NCBI RefSeq assembly: GCF_030028105.1 | Contig: NC_092372.1 | Location: 200,547,898-200,611,897, forward strand | Direction of reading: 5' to 3' | DNA: 64,000 bases | Origin: Mobula birostris | Taxonomy: Eukaryota | Shown here: positions 1 through 12,736 of the stretch, one piece after another | How the letters are laid out: each line of letters starts with the position of its first letter | Position numbering within the stretch: position 1 is the stretch's first letter | Program-made: the position numbers and the translations under genes | Notes under the pieces: model-generated | What the model was told of the DNA's origin: nothing | Seen by the model: only the letters and a program-made list of their open reading frames with translations | Database searches by the model: none

Positions 1-282
1 ACAGACAGGATCGCATTGTGTTGTGTTACAATGTAATCAGACTACAATCTGAAACACAGCAATGTCATCAATGAGGGAACATAAGAAACAATGAAGGGAG
101 AGGGGAAAGTAACAAAAGGTGATAATTAGTTTTATTTTAATTGACTTTTTCAACTCCGCTTATAATTAAGCTGTTCAAAAGAACTGTGACTAATGCATTC
201 CTGTCATGACTTCCCAGTCATTTTATTTTGGCAGAATTTAACGGCCTATCAAACATCATGGCATTGATGTTCAGGATAAAAT

Positions 283-1141
283 ATAGAACATAGTACACTA
301 CAGCTCTGAACAGTCCATTCTGCCAAAATATTCTGCCAACCTTTTGACCTACTCTAAGATCAATATAACTCTTTCCTGTTACATGGCCTACCATTTTTCT
401 ATCAACCATTACCTATCTAACAGTCTCCAAAAGCCTAAAAACAATCATGGATACAGTCCAATTCATCACGGGTAAGGCATCTATAAGGTGCGGTGTCACA
501 GAAAAACAGATAGATCCTGCTTTCATCATGGATCCCCACCATCCAGGCTATGTTTTCTTCTAGCTGCTTCCACCAGGAAGGAGGTATAGGAGCCTTAGGT
601 CCCAAACTACCAGTTTCAGTATCAACTATTACCCCTCAACCATCAGGCTCTTGAACTGGAGGGGATAAATTCATTCAACTTCACTTCCTACAAAACTTAA
701 CTGATTCCACAACACATGGATGTATTTTGAAGGATGTTGCAACTCATATTCTTGATATTTATTTGCTAATTTATGTGTAATTATTATTTTGTGTTTTTTC
801 TCTTTTTGTATTTGCAGATTGTTGCCTTTTGCACATTAGTTGTTTGTCGGTCTTTGTTATGTGTGGCTTTTCATTTATTCTATCCTCTTTGTATATACTG
901 TGAATGCCCAGAAGAAAATGAATTGCAGAGTAGTATATGGTGACATATATGCACTTTGATAAATTGCCTTTAAACTTTGAACTTTGAATGTATATTCCCC
1001 TAATATATCTGCCTCTACAACCTCCACTGATTGTGGGTTCCATGCACTTTCAACTCCCTGTGTAAAAAAAACTTACCTGTGATATACCACCTATACTTCC
1101 CTCCAATCACCTGCAAAGTATGCCCCCTCATATTAGCCATA
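283..1141 (-). mobile_element. CR1 LINE 3' end fragment, split by a Rex-type insertion (about 436-986)
   Basis: Starts with the reverse-complement CR1 3' tail (atagaacatagtacac); CR1 3' sequence resumes at about 987 (gcctctacaacc...aaaaaacttacc), matching other CR1 ends in the window such as 24890-25150. Confidence 0.7.
436..986 (+). mobile_element. Rex1/Babar-type LINE 3' fragment
   Basis: Decayed HPGHALFSLLPSGRRYRSL...SYYPSTIRLLN coding end and a (ttgaact)n tail at about 974-986. Confidence 0.75.
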
Positions 1142-1949
1142 AATAAAGTAAATTGGAAGTGTAATATTCATGGAACTTGACATTAGATGGAATAAGAACA
1201 AAACTATTAATTCGAGTCGTAGAGTCACAGAACCCTGCAGCATAGAAAAAGTCCCATCTAGCCCATGATAAACCATTAATCTGAAAGTCCCATCAACCTG
1301 CACATGGACCACAGCCCTCAATAACCCTCCCATTCACGTATATATAGAATTTTTTAAAAAAAATATTGAAATTGCACGTGAATCCATCACTTGCGCTGGC
1401 AGCTCATTCCACACTCTCACCAAACCACCCTCTGAGTGAAGGTTACCCTTAAACATTTCAGCTTTCACACTTTTCCCATGACCTCTAGTTGTAGTCTTAC
1501 TTCACCTCTGTGTCAAAAGCCTTCTTGTATTTGCCCTATCTATACCTATCATAATTTTGTATACATCTATCAAATCTCCCCTCAATCATCCTCATCCAGG
1601 GAATAAAGTCCTAACCTACTCAATTTTTCTCTATAGCTCAGGTCCTCAGGTCCCAGCAACAACCCTGTAAATTTTCTCTGCACTATTTTAATCTTAATAA
1701 ACATTTCTCTTTTAGTTAAGAGACTACAATTGCACATGATATGCCAAATTAGTCCTCATCAATATCTTGCACAATTTCAATATTGTTTTATGAATGCACT
1801 GTGCCAAAAGTTTTCTCCCTGACCCTATCTACCTGTGACGACACTTTCAAGGAATTATGGGTCTGTATTCTGAGATCCCTCTGTCCTTCCACACTCCTCT
1901 GTGTCCTTCCATTCACTATGTAAGACCTACCCTGGTTAGTCCTCCCATA

Positions 1950-2392
1950 GTCGAGTCAAGTCACTTTTTATTGTCATTTCGACCATAACTGCCGGTACAG
2001 TACACAGTAAAAACAAGACAACATTGGTGTAAATGTCTGTAATGGCAGGACGAGAGACCCCAATGATCTTCTCAGCTGACCTCACTATCCGCTGCAGGGT
2101 CTTGCGATCTGAGACGGTGCAATTTCCGAACCAGGCAGTGATGCAGCCGCTCAGGATGCTCTCAATACAGCCTCTGTAGAATGTGGTGAGTATGGGGGGT
2201 GCGAGATGGACTTTTCTCAGCCTTCACAGAAAGTAGAGATGCTGCTGGACTTCCTTTGCTATGGAGTTGGTGTTGAGGGAACAGGTGAGATTCTCCACCA
2301 GGTGAACACCAAGAAATTTGGTGCTTAACAATCTCTACGGAGGAGTCGTCGATGTTAAGCGGAGAGTGGTCGCTCGGTGTCCTCCTAAAGTC
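1950..2392 (-). mobile_element. Rex-type LINE fragment, 5'-truncated and internally deleted
   Basis: (agtca)n-type tail followed by tttattgtc (antisense polyA signal); antisense RT C-terminal sequence. Confidence 0.75.
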
Positions 2393-3354
2393 AAAGTGCT
2401 ATACCTTACACTTGTCTGCATTAAATTTCATTTGCCATTTTTCACCTCATTTTTCCAGCTGGTCCAGATCCCACTGCAAGCTCTGATAGTCTTCCTTGTT
2501 GTCCTTTACAACTCCAATCTTGAAGTTATCCATAAATTTTCTGATCTAGTTTACCACATTATCATCTAGATTGTTGATATAGATGACAAACACCAATAGA
2601 CCCAGCACCATTTCCGGTGGTACAGCTAGTCACAGGCTTCCAGTTAGAGAGGCAACCAGTTACTACAACTCTCTGACCTCTCCCACGAAGCCAACATCTA
2701 ATCCCATTTACTACCTCATTTTGAATGCCAAGCTACTGAACCTTCTTAACTAACCTCCTACGTGGGACCTTCTCAAAGGCCTTGCTAAAGTCTGCGTAGA
2801 CAACATCCACTGTCTTGCCTTCATCAGCTTTTCTAGTAAATTCCATTTAAAAACCCTATAAGATTCGTTGGGCACAACCTACCACTCATGAAGACATGTT
2901 GACTATCCCTAATCAGTCGCTATCTATCCAAATACTCATATATCGAGTCCCTTAGAATACCTTCCAATAACTTACACATTACTGATTCAGGCCCACTGAC
3001 CTATTATTCCCTGGTTTATTCTTAGAGCCTTTCTTAAACAATAGAACAACATTAGCTATCCTGCGATTTCTCGGCACCTCACCTATGGCTAAGGACATTT
3101 ATATATCTCTGCTAGGGCCCCTACAATTTCTGCACTAACCTCACTCAGGGTTCAAGAAAACACTTTGTCAGACCTTGGGGATATATTCACCCTACTTTTC
3201 CTCAAGACAACAAACACCTTCTCCTCTGTAATCTGTATCTGGTCCATGACGTCACTGCTTCTTTGTTTCATTTCTATAGACTCTGTGGTATCTTCTGAGA
3301 AAATACAGATGTCAAAAATCCATTTAAGATCTCCCCCATATCTTTTGGTTCCAT

Positions 3355-3928
3355 CAACACACATCAAAGTTGCTGGTGAACGCAGCAGGCCAGGCAGCAT
3401 CTCTAGGAAGAGGTACAGTCGAAGTTTCAGGCCGAGACCCTTTGTCAGGACTAACTGAAGGAAGAGCTAGTAAGCAATTTGAAAGTGGGAGGGGAGGAGG
3501 AGGGGGAGATCCAAAATGATAGGAGAAGACAGGAAAGGGAGGGATGGAGCCAAGAGCTGGACAGGTGATTGGCAAAGGGGATCTGAGAGGATCATGGGAC
3601 AGGAGGTCCGGGGAGAAAGACAAGGGCGGGGGGGATCCAGAGGATGGGCAAGGGGTATAGTCAGAGGGACAGAGGGAAAAAACGGAGAGTGAGAGAAAGA
3701 ATGCGTGTATAAAAATAAATAATGGATGGGGTATGAGGGGGAGGTGGGGCATTAGCGGAAGTTAGAGAAGTCGATGTTCATGCCATCAGGTTGGAAGCTA
3801 CCCAGACGGAATATGAGGTGTTGTTCCTCCAACCTGGGTGTGGCTTCATCTTTACAGTAGAAGAGGCCGTGGATAGACATGTCAGAATGGGAGTGTGATG
3901 TGGAATTAAAATGTGTGGCCACTGGGAG
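3355..3928 (-). mobile_element. Penelope-like element 3' fragment: GIY-YIG C-terminus, 3' UTR and hammerhead motif
   Basis: ORF 3752-3943 (LPVATHFNSTSHSHSDM...LEEQHLIFRLGSFQPDGMNIDFSNFR) is a typical PLE endonuclease end; perfect 15-bp TSD atcttttggttccat at 3340-3354 and 3929-3943. Confidence 0.9.
3417..3452 (-). ncRNA. Degenerate minimal type I hammerhead ribozyme motif
   Basis: Minus strand AGUC CUGACAA A GGGU CUCG GCCU GAAA CUUC GACU; stems I and II present, G8 and stem III mutated. Confidence 0.65.
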
Positions 3929-5702
3929 ATCTTTTGGTTCCATGCCTAGATTACCACTCTGATCTATCAGAGAACCAATTCATTTTGCTCTTAATATATC
4001 TCTAGAAGCTCTAGGATTCTTCTTCACCTTGTCTGCTACAACAACCTCATGCTTTCTTTTAGCCTTTCTGATTTCCTCCTTTTAACTGCGTTTCTCCTGC
4101 GTTTCTTATATTCCTCAGGTACCTCATTTGTTCCTACCTGCCTATATTTGATATGCACTTCCTTTTTTTGTTAACCAGGGCTTCAATATCTCTCAAAAAC
4201 CAATGTTCCCTAAACTTGTTATCCTTGCCTTTTATTCTGACAAGAAAATACAAACTCTATACTCTGAAAATTTCACTTCTGAAGGCCTCCCACTTATCAT
4301 GTACACTTCTTGCTGAAAACAATCTTTCCCAATCTGCACTTTTCTGAAGCCATCAAAATTGGCCTTTTTCCAGTTCAGAATCTCAGCCCAAGGACCAGAC
4401 CTATTCTTTTCCATAATTACCTTGAAATTAATGGCATTATGATTCTATTATGAATGAAGAAGAGACAATTCATGAGGGGCATCTTTTCTACTGGGGTCTC
4501 CCCCACCCACGTGACATACAGCTTTGACTTAGAGTATAATGGAGCTTGTAGATTGCACTATCTTGTACTTGTTAACACTGAAGAACCAAATTACCAAAAT
4601 TGATTTCAAGTCAGACACAAAGCAAGATAAACCAATTGCGACGATAGGATGAAGATAAAAGCTTTTGTTTCCTTTCAAGGTTTCTGGAAATCAAAAAGTG
4701 CTTAAAATGCTTAGCAAATCAGATAATGATTGGAAAATTGGTCTGATTTAGCGATGTTTATTGAGGAAACTGCAAAGACTTTTATTTTTGTTATTAACAT
4801 CATTCTGCATTCAACTGTGAGGTTTAACCAAGCTCAGAATCCTTTCCAAACACAAAACCTGGAACCTGTGTTAATGACTTATCATTCTTCTATTGGGAGT
4901 TTTCTGTACTGTGACCGCAGAATGGCTTCACATTATAAAACAAAGAAGGTGAAAGTTATGAGAAAAGTCATGCCTACAAAACACAAAATACTAAACCAAG
5001 TAAAGTTTCTAAAGGTGATGCTTTTTAGAATACTGTCTGTGAAGCCTTGAACTCATGCTGTGACACATAAATAGTAACTTTAATGTAAGGATAATCTAAT
5101 TTAGGTAATGTCTCTATTAAGTGTTGGATAGTAGAATTTTATATGACTGCATTATCTCATTCTACATTTTTGAGGCCAATAAGAATTAATATGCCTTTAC
5201 AAATTGAAAATTAAGTTAAAATTTGCTAGAGCTAGTCCTAATTTTCAAGTCAGTTGTAAGAAGAGAATGAAAAACTAATCAATGTTTTATTTGTTTGTGT
5301 GTGTTTTTTTTAAATTTGGTATAAGGAAAGAATACAGTAAATTATTTAAAATTCTCACTTCCTTTTTCAGTTGAGGTTTTAGGACATCCATCTTGATGTC
5401 AGCTATTGTGAAGAAATGTTCTGTTACATTTTTCTGGAATGACTACCCATCGGGTTATCAGAGAACACGTAAATCCACAGCGTTAACATCTCAGAGGGAG
5501 GAATGCTCTCATACCAGACAAATGAGGAAAACAGCATGGAACTGATTGTGCTTTCTCATGGGTAGCAGATACACACCATTTATAATTCTACAAACTCATT
5601 TTCTGAGAAGACGGTGAAAGCATCAGTCCTATGCAACAGAAAGCTCCCTTTAGCTAACACATAAACTGGTGTGCCTTTTCGAGTATCACTGAATGATACA
5701 GA

Positions 5703-5992
5703 AGCCTGATTCTCGGCGATTCAGGAACAGCTTCTTCCCCTCTGCCATCCGATTCCTAAATGGACATTGAAGCTTTGGACACTACCTCACGTGTTTTAAT
5801 ATACAGTATTTCTGTTTTTGCACATTTTTAAAATCTATTCAATAAACGTAATTGATTTACTTGTTTATTTATTATTATGCTTTATTTTTTTCTCTCGCTC
5901 TGCTAGATTATGTATTGCATCGAACTGCTGCTGCTAAGTTAACAAATTTCACGTCACATGCCGGTGATAATAAACCTGATTCTGATTCTGAA
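5703..5992 (+). mobile_element. Rex-type LINE 3' end
   Basis: RFRNSFFPSAIRFLN coding end; aataaa followed by (ctgatt)n tail. Confidence 0.85.
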
Positions 5993-6033
5993 TGTCAGCC
6001 CATGATGATGTCAACTTCTCTGGGACAACCATT

Positions 6034-6520
6034 TCAGAATCAGTTTTAGTAACTTCGGCATATGTCGTGAAATTTGTTAACTTTATGGGAGCAGCACAAT
6101 GAAATACTTGATAAATAAATATAGAGAAAAACTGAATTACAATAAGTAATTACAAAAGCTGAATTACAATATGTATATTAAATAGTTGTTAAAATAAGTA
6201 GCACAAACAAACAGAAATAAAAAAAGTAGAGATAATGCTTATGGGTCCAATGTCCATTTAGAAACCAGATGGCAGAGTGGAAGAAGCTGTTCCTGAATCA
6301 CTGAGTGTGTGTCTTTGGGCACCTGTACCTTCTTCCCGATGATAATAATGACAAAAGGGCATGTCTTAGGGAGTGGGGGTACTTATTGATGATGACGCCT
6401 TTCTAAGGCACCTCTCCTTGAAGGTGTCTTGGATACTGCAGAGGCTAGTAACCAAGATGAAACTAACTAACTTAACAAGTTCCTGCTACTTACTTTGACC
6501 TTGTGCCTTTGTTACCCATA
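6034..6520 (-). mobile_element. Rex-type LINE 3' end
   Basis: (agaatc)n tail and antisense copy of the same 3' region as 14305-14800. Confidence 0.8.
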
Positions 6521-6545
6521 CCTGCAAGCTATGCTTCTGTAGGAG

Positions 6546-6640
6546 GGCCAATGATGAAGGGTCTCAGCTCAAATCATTGACTCTTTATTGCTTTCCATAG
6601 AAGTTGCCTGGCCTGTTGAGATCTCCCAGCATTTGGTGGT
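6546..6640 (+). mobile_element. Short PLE-derived repeat with decayed hammerhead motif
   Basis: atgatgaagggtctcagctcaaatcattgact followed by the family tail ccatagaagttgcctggcctgttgagatctcccagcattt. Confidence 0.6.
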
Positions 6641-6689
6641 GTCACTCTCCAATGGTGGAACTGTAAGGTTATTGGAAGGCTTCGGTAGT

Positions 6690-6965
6690 GCCGTAGTAGC
6701 AAAGGAAGTTGAGTTTTTGAACTTAGCTCCGGATGCCTGGGCTGTTGATCTGGAGTCAGTACTGGCTAATTGAAATAAAGGCTATTAAATCTGGAAAATA
6801 AAAACTATGATCAGCAACGGCAACCATGACATCACTGGATTGTCCTTAAACCTCCTGTTGAAAATCTATGTATGGTTCCTTGCCCTATCTGGCTTGTTTA
6901 GGACTGCAGATCCACCAGTGTGGATGATAATTTCCTTCCTCAGTGACATGTTTGGGGACAGATAA
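6690..6965 (+). mobile_element. Ancient tRNA-type SINE remnant
   Basis: Similar to 60980-61270 (aaatctggaa...caaccatga...actggattgt); highly decayed. Confidence 0.4.
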
Positions 6966-8299
6966 TAACCTCCAACTTTCTCTGCAACATCTGCAGTCTA
7001 TGCATGAATATTCTTGTTGGAGCATTTTGCACACAAAAGCGCTACTATGCCTTGCAAGAAAACAAGGTGGGTGTGCCATTTAAAATAAATAGTACACCTT
7101 TAAAATAAGAGCTGGCGACATGCCTCATGTCCTTATGATTCACTTAAACAGCTGAGTGACGGATTGATTGGAGCTGCGTTGTCCTGCAGAATCACAGGAT
7201 GCTAACAGCATAGACGAAAGTTGGCTCATTGAGTCAGTGAGGACCTGCAGTATCAGAAGTAACATGGCTCCAACAGCCATTTTACTGTGTTTTCAAAACA
7301 GTCACTGTGATAATGTCTAACAAATATGCTGAATAAATATTACACTGCTGCCAAATTTCTCCCAGTTGATCTATCAGTGTTCTCAAATATCCAAGAATTG
7401 GCAACTAAACTTGATCTAATGGTGCTTACAGAATCAAATGTTGTAGGCAATAACCCACTGACAGGACAGAGCTACCTGAAGTTGTGAGCGAGGGATAGAC
7501 AGAGGGAAGGGATGCAGTCCTTGGACTCCAGGATTGGACAACTTGGACATTAGGGATTCCATAATCTTGTGTGCAGACAAGGACAAGGAAATTTTCTCCT
7601 AATTAACACCTGCCATTCTCCTTCAGCTACTCCTTATTGAAACATGTATCAAAGTAGCACTAACTTTAGTTAGGGCACAGAACATAGTGCCTGTTCTGTG
7701 ATTTTGAGTCCTTCACCAAGAGAGGCTTGGTTATCGATTGATCTGGCCATAGCATACAGCCACAAATCTGGGTCTGTGGCAAGCAGAGAAAATACCATCA
7801 TAAGGGGTAAAGCTGCCCCTCTTCAACACGTGCAGCTGTCAATGATATTATTGGTAGAGATGACAACTGCAGAGACGCTCTGCAGAGAAAATCCTGATTT
7901 CGCACTGACAGTATCGTCTATCAACCTTAACTCAATTCTCCTGAATCCAGAGTTTCTGTTTTTGTTTCAGTCCTTTGTAGTGCAAAGAGATCAACGTGGT
8001 CATAGTGTTGCTTTGCAGAGGTAATGACTAGAGTTGTGCAGATTGGTTCAAGAACTGAATGGTTGAACCGAAGTAGCTGTTCTTGAAGCTGAAGGCATTG
8101 AACTTGACATGACTGAATATTTAGCTCTTTTTTATTTTTCCTCAGAAAGTATCAGGTCACAGAGTGTTTCCAGCATTTTGTATTTTTATTTGTTGATTAT
8201 CTGCCTGCGGAAAAAAAAAACAAGGGAACTGTCTTCCAGTGGTATTGTTTCTAATCACTTACCTAACAACTATAGTATTTTGCTTCTCTGGAATTACAT

Positions 8300-8425
8300 A
8301 GAACGTAGAAGATGGAACATTACAGTACAGTACAGGCCCTTCAGCCCATTATGTTGTGCCAACCTTTTAACCTACCATAAAATCAATCTAACCCATCCCT
8401 CCTACATAGCCGTGCTTTTTTCTAT
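8300..8425 (-). mobile_element. CR1 3' terminal fragment
   Basis: tacagtacagtacaggcccttcagccc...tgttgtgccaacc, the same antisense CR1 terminus seen at 283 and 24890. Confidence 0.7.
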
Positions 8426-8555
8426 CATTCATGTGCCTAACTTGCTCTGATCGATGGCTGGTCCTGGGATTAGAGTCTGCTGACAATTACATTATTGGCT
8501 CAGACATAAAGAAGGTCATCACACAAGGCAGAGTCTTAGACAGCATCACGTATGC

Positions 8556-8650
8556 AGTTCTGATGAAAGATCATTGGTCTGGAACATTCATTCTGATTCT
8601 TTCTCCACAGATATTTCAATCATTTCTTACATTTTATGTTTTATTTCAAT
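8556..8650 (+). mobile_element. Older PLE-derived short repeat with decayed hammerhead motif
   Basis: AGUU CUGAUGA A AGAUC AUU GGUCU GGAAC; stem II pairs with a different sequence from the other copies; tail ttctctccacagat-like. Confidence 0.5.
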
Positions 8651-9064
8651 GTGAATTACCATTGTTAAAATGATAAAATGTTAACCTAAATTGAGTAAAA
8701 ATTGCACATGATAAATAATACTGTGATAAGCGTAATATCTTAGAAGCGACGAAGTCTGAAGTGAATTATAATTACCTGACAAATGGAGCTATTTATCATT
8801 TGGCATAATGGAATTATAATTGGTGGATTTTCACAAATCTTTACAATCCTGCCGATGTGCTCACTCAACCAGACACTAACAGCTTTCTAGACCTCCAGAT
8901 CATGAAACTCAAAACTCACCACAAGCAATCAGATTAATCATTGGAAAAATTACTTAAAGATAGTCTTGTTACTTCCAATCTGAAATATTCTAATAATCAA
9001 CTGCCTGGTGCCTTACCTTTAATTTTGCAATCCTGACCTACTTCAAAATGCTACTGCCAATATT

Positions 9065-10190
9065 CTGTTACAGATCTGTAGTGGCCCTTTATTGGTCAAG
9101 GTCAACCATTGATGTTGTATCCTCACTATCTTTGTTGGTGCAGCTGACAAAAGCGGCAGTCTTTTTTGCAACGTTTGCATCTGTATGCAGTCTCAGCTCT
9201 GCTGAAGAAGTAGTGTTCCCTTCTGTGGGCCTGTCTGTGTTCTGCAGCTTTCAGTATTTTTTCCTCGCCTGGCTTAAGGTGCTGTTTCAGGATGATTATT
9301 CATCTGATACTGTTGGCTGTAAATTCCTCCCAGGAGTCTCTGTTGATGTCCTGCACCTTCAATGCTGTTTGCAGACGTCCTCGTAGCGCAGACGTGTTTG
9401 ACCAGCAGTTCTCTTCCCTGAAGCCAGCTCGTTGTAAAGTATGTCTTTTGGGATGTGGTCATCCGGCACATGGCAGACATAGCCCTATCTTGCCTGAGCA
9501 GGGTGTACACTCTAGAGAGGCAGGCACAAGACAGAATCTCAGCATTGCGTACTCTGTCTCTCTAAAAGATGTCCAAGATGCCACAAAGGCACCTTAAATG
9601 GAAGGGGCTGAGCCCTTTCTCCTGCTTAGCATATGTTATTCAAGTCTCGCTTCTGTACAGTGGACAGTGTACAAGACTGTGCTTCTGTACAGTCTTACAG
9701 TGTGCTGGCGACGCAAGATTGTACGCTGCCATCTTTGTTTTGACTGAGAATCTGAAGTTCTCCCATACTCATGTGGTGAGGCAGGCAGGAGCTGTTGCAG
9801 CCTACCCGATGCGCTTGTTGATTTCTGCATCCAAGGAGAGGTTGTCACTGATGACCAGCAGTGCCAAAGGAATGCCTCAGGAGAAGAGCAAAGAAGATCT
9901 TGAAGAGTGTTGGGGCGAGAACACAGTCTTGCTTAACACTGCACCTTATGTCAAAGGACTTCAAAGAGCTGCTATTGTTCTATATAATCTTCTTCATGTT
10001 GTGGAAGGATTTGATGATGCTCTGTTGCCTTGGTGGTCAGCCTACCGTCGAGAGGATCTGAAACAGCACGTCTCAGCTGACTAAGTCAAATGCCTTAAGG
10101 AGATCAATAAGCACGATGTAGAGGAGCTTCTTATGTTCTCTGCACTTCTTTTGGAGCTGGTGGACAGAGGAAGTCATATCTCCAGTTTCA
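9065..10190 (-). mobile_element. RTE-clade LINE RT/C-terminal remnant
   Basis: Antisense reading gives LDAEINKRIG, RVWEN.RFSVKTKMAAYN and HIPKDILY.ELASGKRTAG..RLRY.DVCK, characteristic of RTE. Confidence 0.85.
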
Positions 10191-11410
10191 GCACATCCTT
10201 TCTAAGATAAGGGGCCCAGGCCTACTCACAATACTCCTACTGAAGCTCCAACAGTGCTTTATAAAGTTTCAACATTACATCCTGGCTTTTATATTCTAGA
10301 CCTCTTGAATTGAATACTGACATTGCATTTGCCTTCCTCACCACAGACTCATCCTGCAAATTAACTTTTAGGAAATCCTGCACAAGGACTCCCAATTTCC
10401 TTCATGTATAAGCTTTTTGCATTTTCTCTCCATTTAGAAACCAGTCAACCCTTTCATTTTTTCCTCCACAGTGCATGACCATACACTTCCTGACACTGTA
10501 TTCCATCTGCTATTTCTTTGCTCTTTTGCTCTTTCTCCTAATCTGTATAAATCCTTCTGTTGCCTCTCTACTTCCTCAAAACTACCTGCCCCTCCACCTA
10601 GTTTTGTATTGTCCACAAAATCGCCACAAAGTTATTAATTTTATCATCCATCGAGAATACATAATGTAAAAAGAATCGGTTCCAACGCAGACCACTAGTC
10701 ACCGGCAACCAATCAGAAGAGGCTCCATCTATTCCAGTTCTTTGCCTCCTACCATGCTTCATCCATGCTAGAATCTTTCCTGTAATACCATGGGCTTGTA
10801 GCTTGTTAAGCAGCCTCATGTGTGGCACCTTACCAAAGGCCTTCTTAAAATCCAAGTACACAACATCAAGCAATTCTCTTTTGTCTATCCTGCTCAATAT
10901 TTCTTCAAAGAATTCCAACAAATTTGTCAGGCAAGATTTTCCCTTGAAAAACCATGCTGACTATGGCCCTGAGACCTCATCTTTAGTAATCGACTCCAAC
11001 ATCTTTCCAACCACTGAGATCAGGCTAACTGGCCTATATTTTCCTTTCTTCTGCCTCTCTCTCTTCTTGAAGAGTGAAGTGACATTAGCAATTTTCCTGT
11101 CTTCTGGAACCATTCTAAAATCTAGTGATTCTTGAAAGATCATTACTAATGTCTCCACAATCTCTTCAGCCACCTCTTTCAGAACTCTGGGGTGTACACC
11201 ATCTGGTCCAGGTGATTTATCTATCTTCAGACCTTTTAGTCTCAGGAACTTACCCCAACGTCACACACTTCATTCCCCCTGACACCTGAAACTTCAACTG
11301 CCAGTATTCTTTTCCAATCAGTTCTGGCCAACTCCTCTCTCACACCTCTGTAATTTCCTTTCCTCCACTCTAATACTGATACATCTGACTTTAGTTTCTC
11401 CTTCACCCTT
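10190..11410 (-). mobile_element. CR1 ORF2 fragments
   Basis: ORFs 10598-10921 (DVVYLDFKKAFGKVPH) and 10961-11173 (YRPVSLISVVGKMLESI). Confidence 0.9.
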
Positions 11411-11419
11411 GGTTTTCCA

Positions 11420-12648
11420 GAGATCGCCCCTACACCACTTGTAAATTTCTTGGTCATCAGACTTGAAAGCTTCGGATCTAGAACTTAGGAGATTGCATTT
11501 CCCCTGGTCATCCAGAGCTTCTGGTTGGAGAAGTGTCTGAATGATCTTATGGGGATGCACTTGTCTACAAATGTTTTTATAAAGTCCATAACAATCACGG
11601 TGTATTCATTCAGATCCACAGATGAGTCCATGAACACGGCCCAGTTCACTGACTTGAAGTAATCCCATAGCAGGTCCTTTGCCTCCCGTGACCACTTTTT
11701 TGTTGCCATAGTCTCTGGATCTTTGCTCTTTAGCCTTTGCCTGAATGTGGTTAGGAGAAAGACAGCCAAGTGATTAGATTTCCTGAAATGGAACAGTAGG
11801 CATCCCAACAGTGATCTAGCGTGTTGGAACCTCGGGTGTTACAGGTTATATACTGATGACAATTGTCAGGAGTCTCTTCAGACAAGTCTGCTTAAAGTCC
11901 CTGAATCTGATTTGAAACGCCTCAGGATGGATTGATTTTTTTTGAGACAACATCATGCCGTCTTTTGGTTGGAGACAGTCTCCAGTACTTGATTATTGTT
12001 GGCCACTGGTGGTATGCAAACTCCAATGAGGATCATGGATGAGAACTCCCTAGGTAAGCAGAATAGACAGCATTTGATCATTATGTGTTCATGGTCAGAG
12101 GAACCTGAGTTCTACAAAGCCACCACATTGGTGCACCACAGAGAGTTTACCATTAAACGCACACCACCACCTTTTGCCTTTGCCTTTGTCAAATCAGCAA
12201 TTCGTTCCATCTTGTGAACTGAGAAGCTTTTGGGTCTGCTCGCCATATCTGGTGTGCTGGAAATAAGCCATCTCTCGGTCAAACATAAAACACAACAATC
12301 TCTCATTTCCCTCCAATATGGCAATCTTGCCCTCAGGTCCTCTCTTTTATTCTTTAGCAATTTCACATTTGGTAACAAGGATCTCATTCTTCTGTGTTTC
12401 AGCCTGGCTTGGCGTTTCCCCCTCCTGCCTCGCTTCCAACCATAGAAATGAATCTTCATCTGCTTAAAGGTACTGAGTCATTCAGAAGATCATGAAATCT
12501 GTAGATCATTAAGTCAATTTAAAAGTGCATTGCTTAGAAAGAAATTACATGCTGAAGACTGCAGTGAGAGTAATTCAAAAGAGGTATATTTAGGAGTAGT
12601 TTACATAGTCCACAGTACATCACAGTGGTTCATCGCCGCTATCTTGCT
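11420..12648 (-). mobile_element. Rex-type LINE 5' part (AP endonuclease)
   Basis: ORF 12112-12459 (REMRDCCVLCLTERWL...GGGVRLMVNSLWC) and 11485-11808; 5' end reads caagatagcggcg (YY1-like). Confidence 0.8.
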
Positions 12649-12651
12649 AAT

Positions 12652-12736
12652 ATTGGAGGAACTCAGAAAGTCAGGCAGCATCTACGCTGGGAAATAAACA
12701 GTCAGCATTTTGGGATGAGACCCTATGTTGGGACTC
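12652..12736 (-). mobile_element. Short PLE-derived repeat with decayed hammerhead motif
   Basis: ggaggaactcagaaagtcaggcagcatcta...cagtcagcattttgggatgagaccctatgttgggact, antisense of the family unit, ending at ggact. Confidence 0.6.

Larger units (their letters stand above)
1220..4445 (-). mobile_element. CR1 LINE ORF2 remnant interrupted by Rex (1950-2392) and PLE (3355-3928) insertions
   Basis: Continuous antisense CR1 RT/endonuclease sequence (ORF 3152-3400 VLRKSRVNISPRSD; ORF 4232-4414 LNWKKANFDG), contiguous across both insertions. Confidence 0.85.

Noticed and set aside
5371-5468. Good acceptor (cttcctttttcag) with a weak donor
   Set aside because: Stops in all three frames and a poor donor; no support for an exon.
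7971-8020. Apparent 50-nt exon (tttcag...ag|gtaatg) in ORF 7698-8024
   Set aside because: The sequence continues into antisense Rex 3' UTR (ggttcaagaactgaatggttgaa...agctgttcttgaa), so it is repeat-derived.
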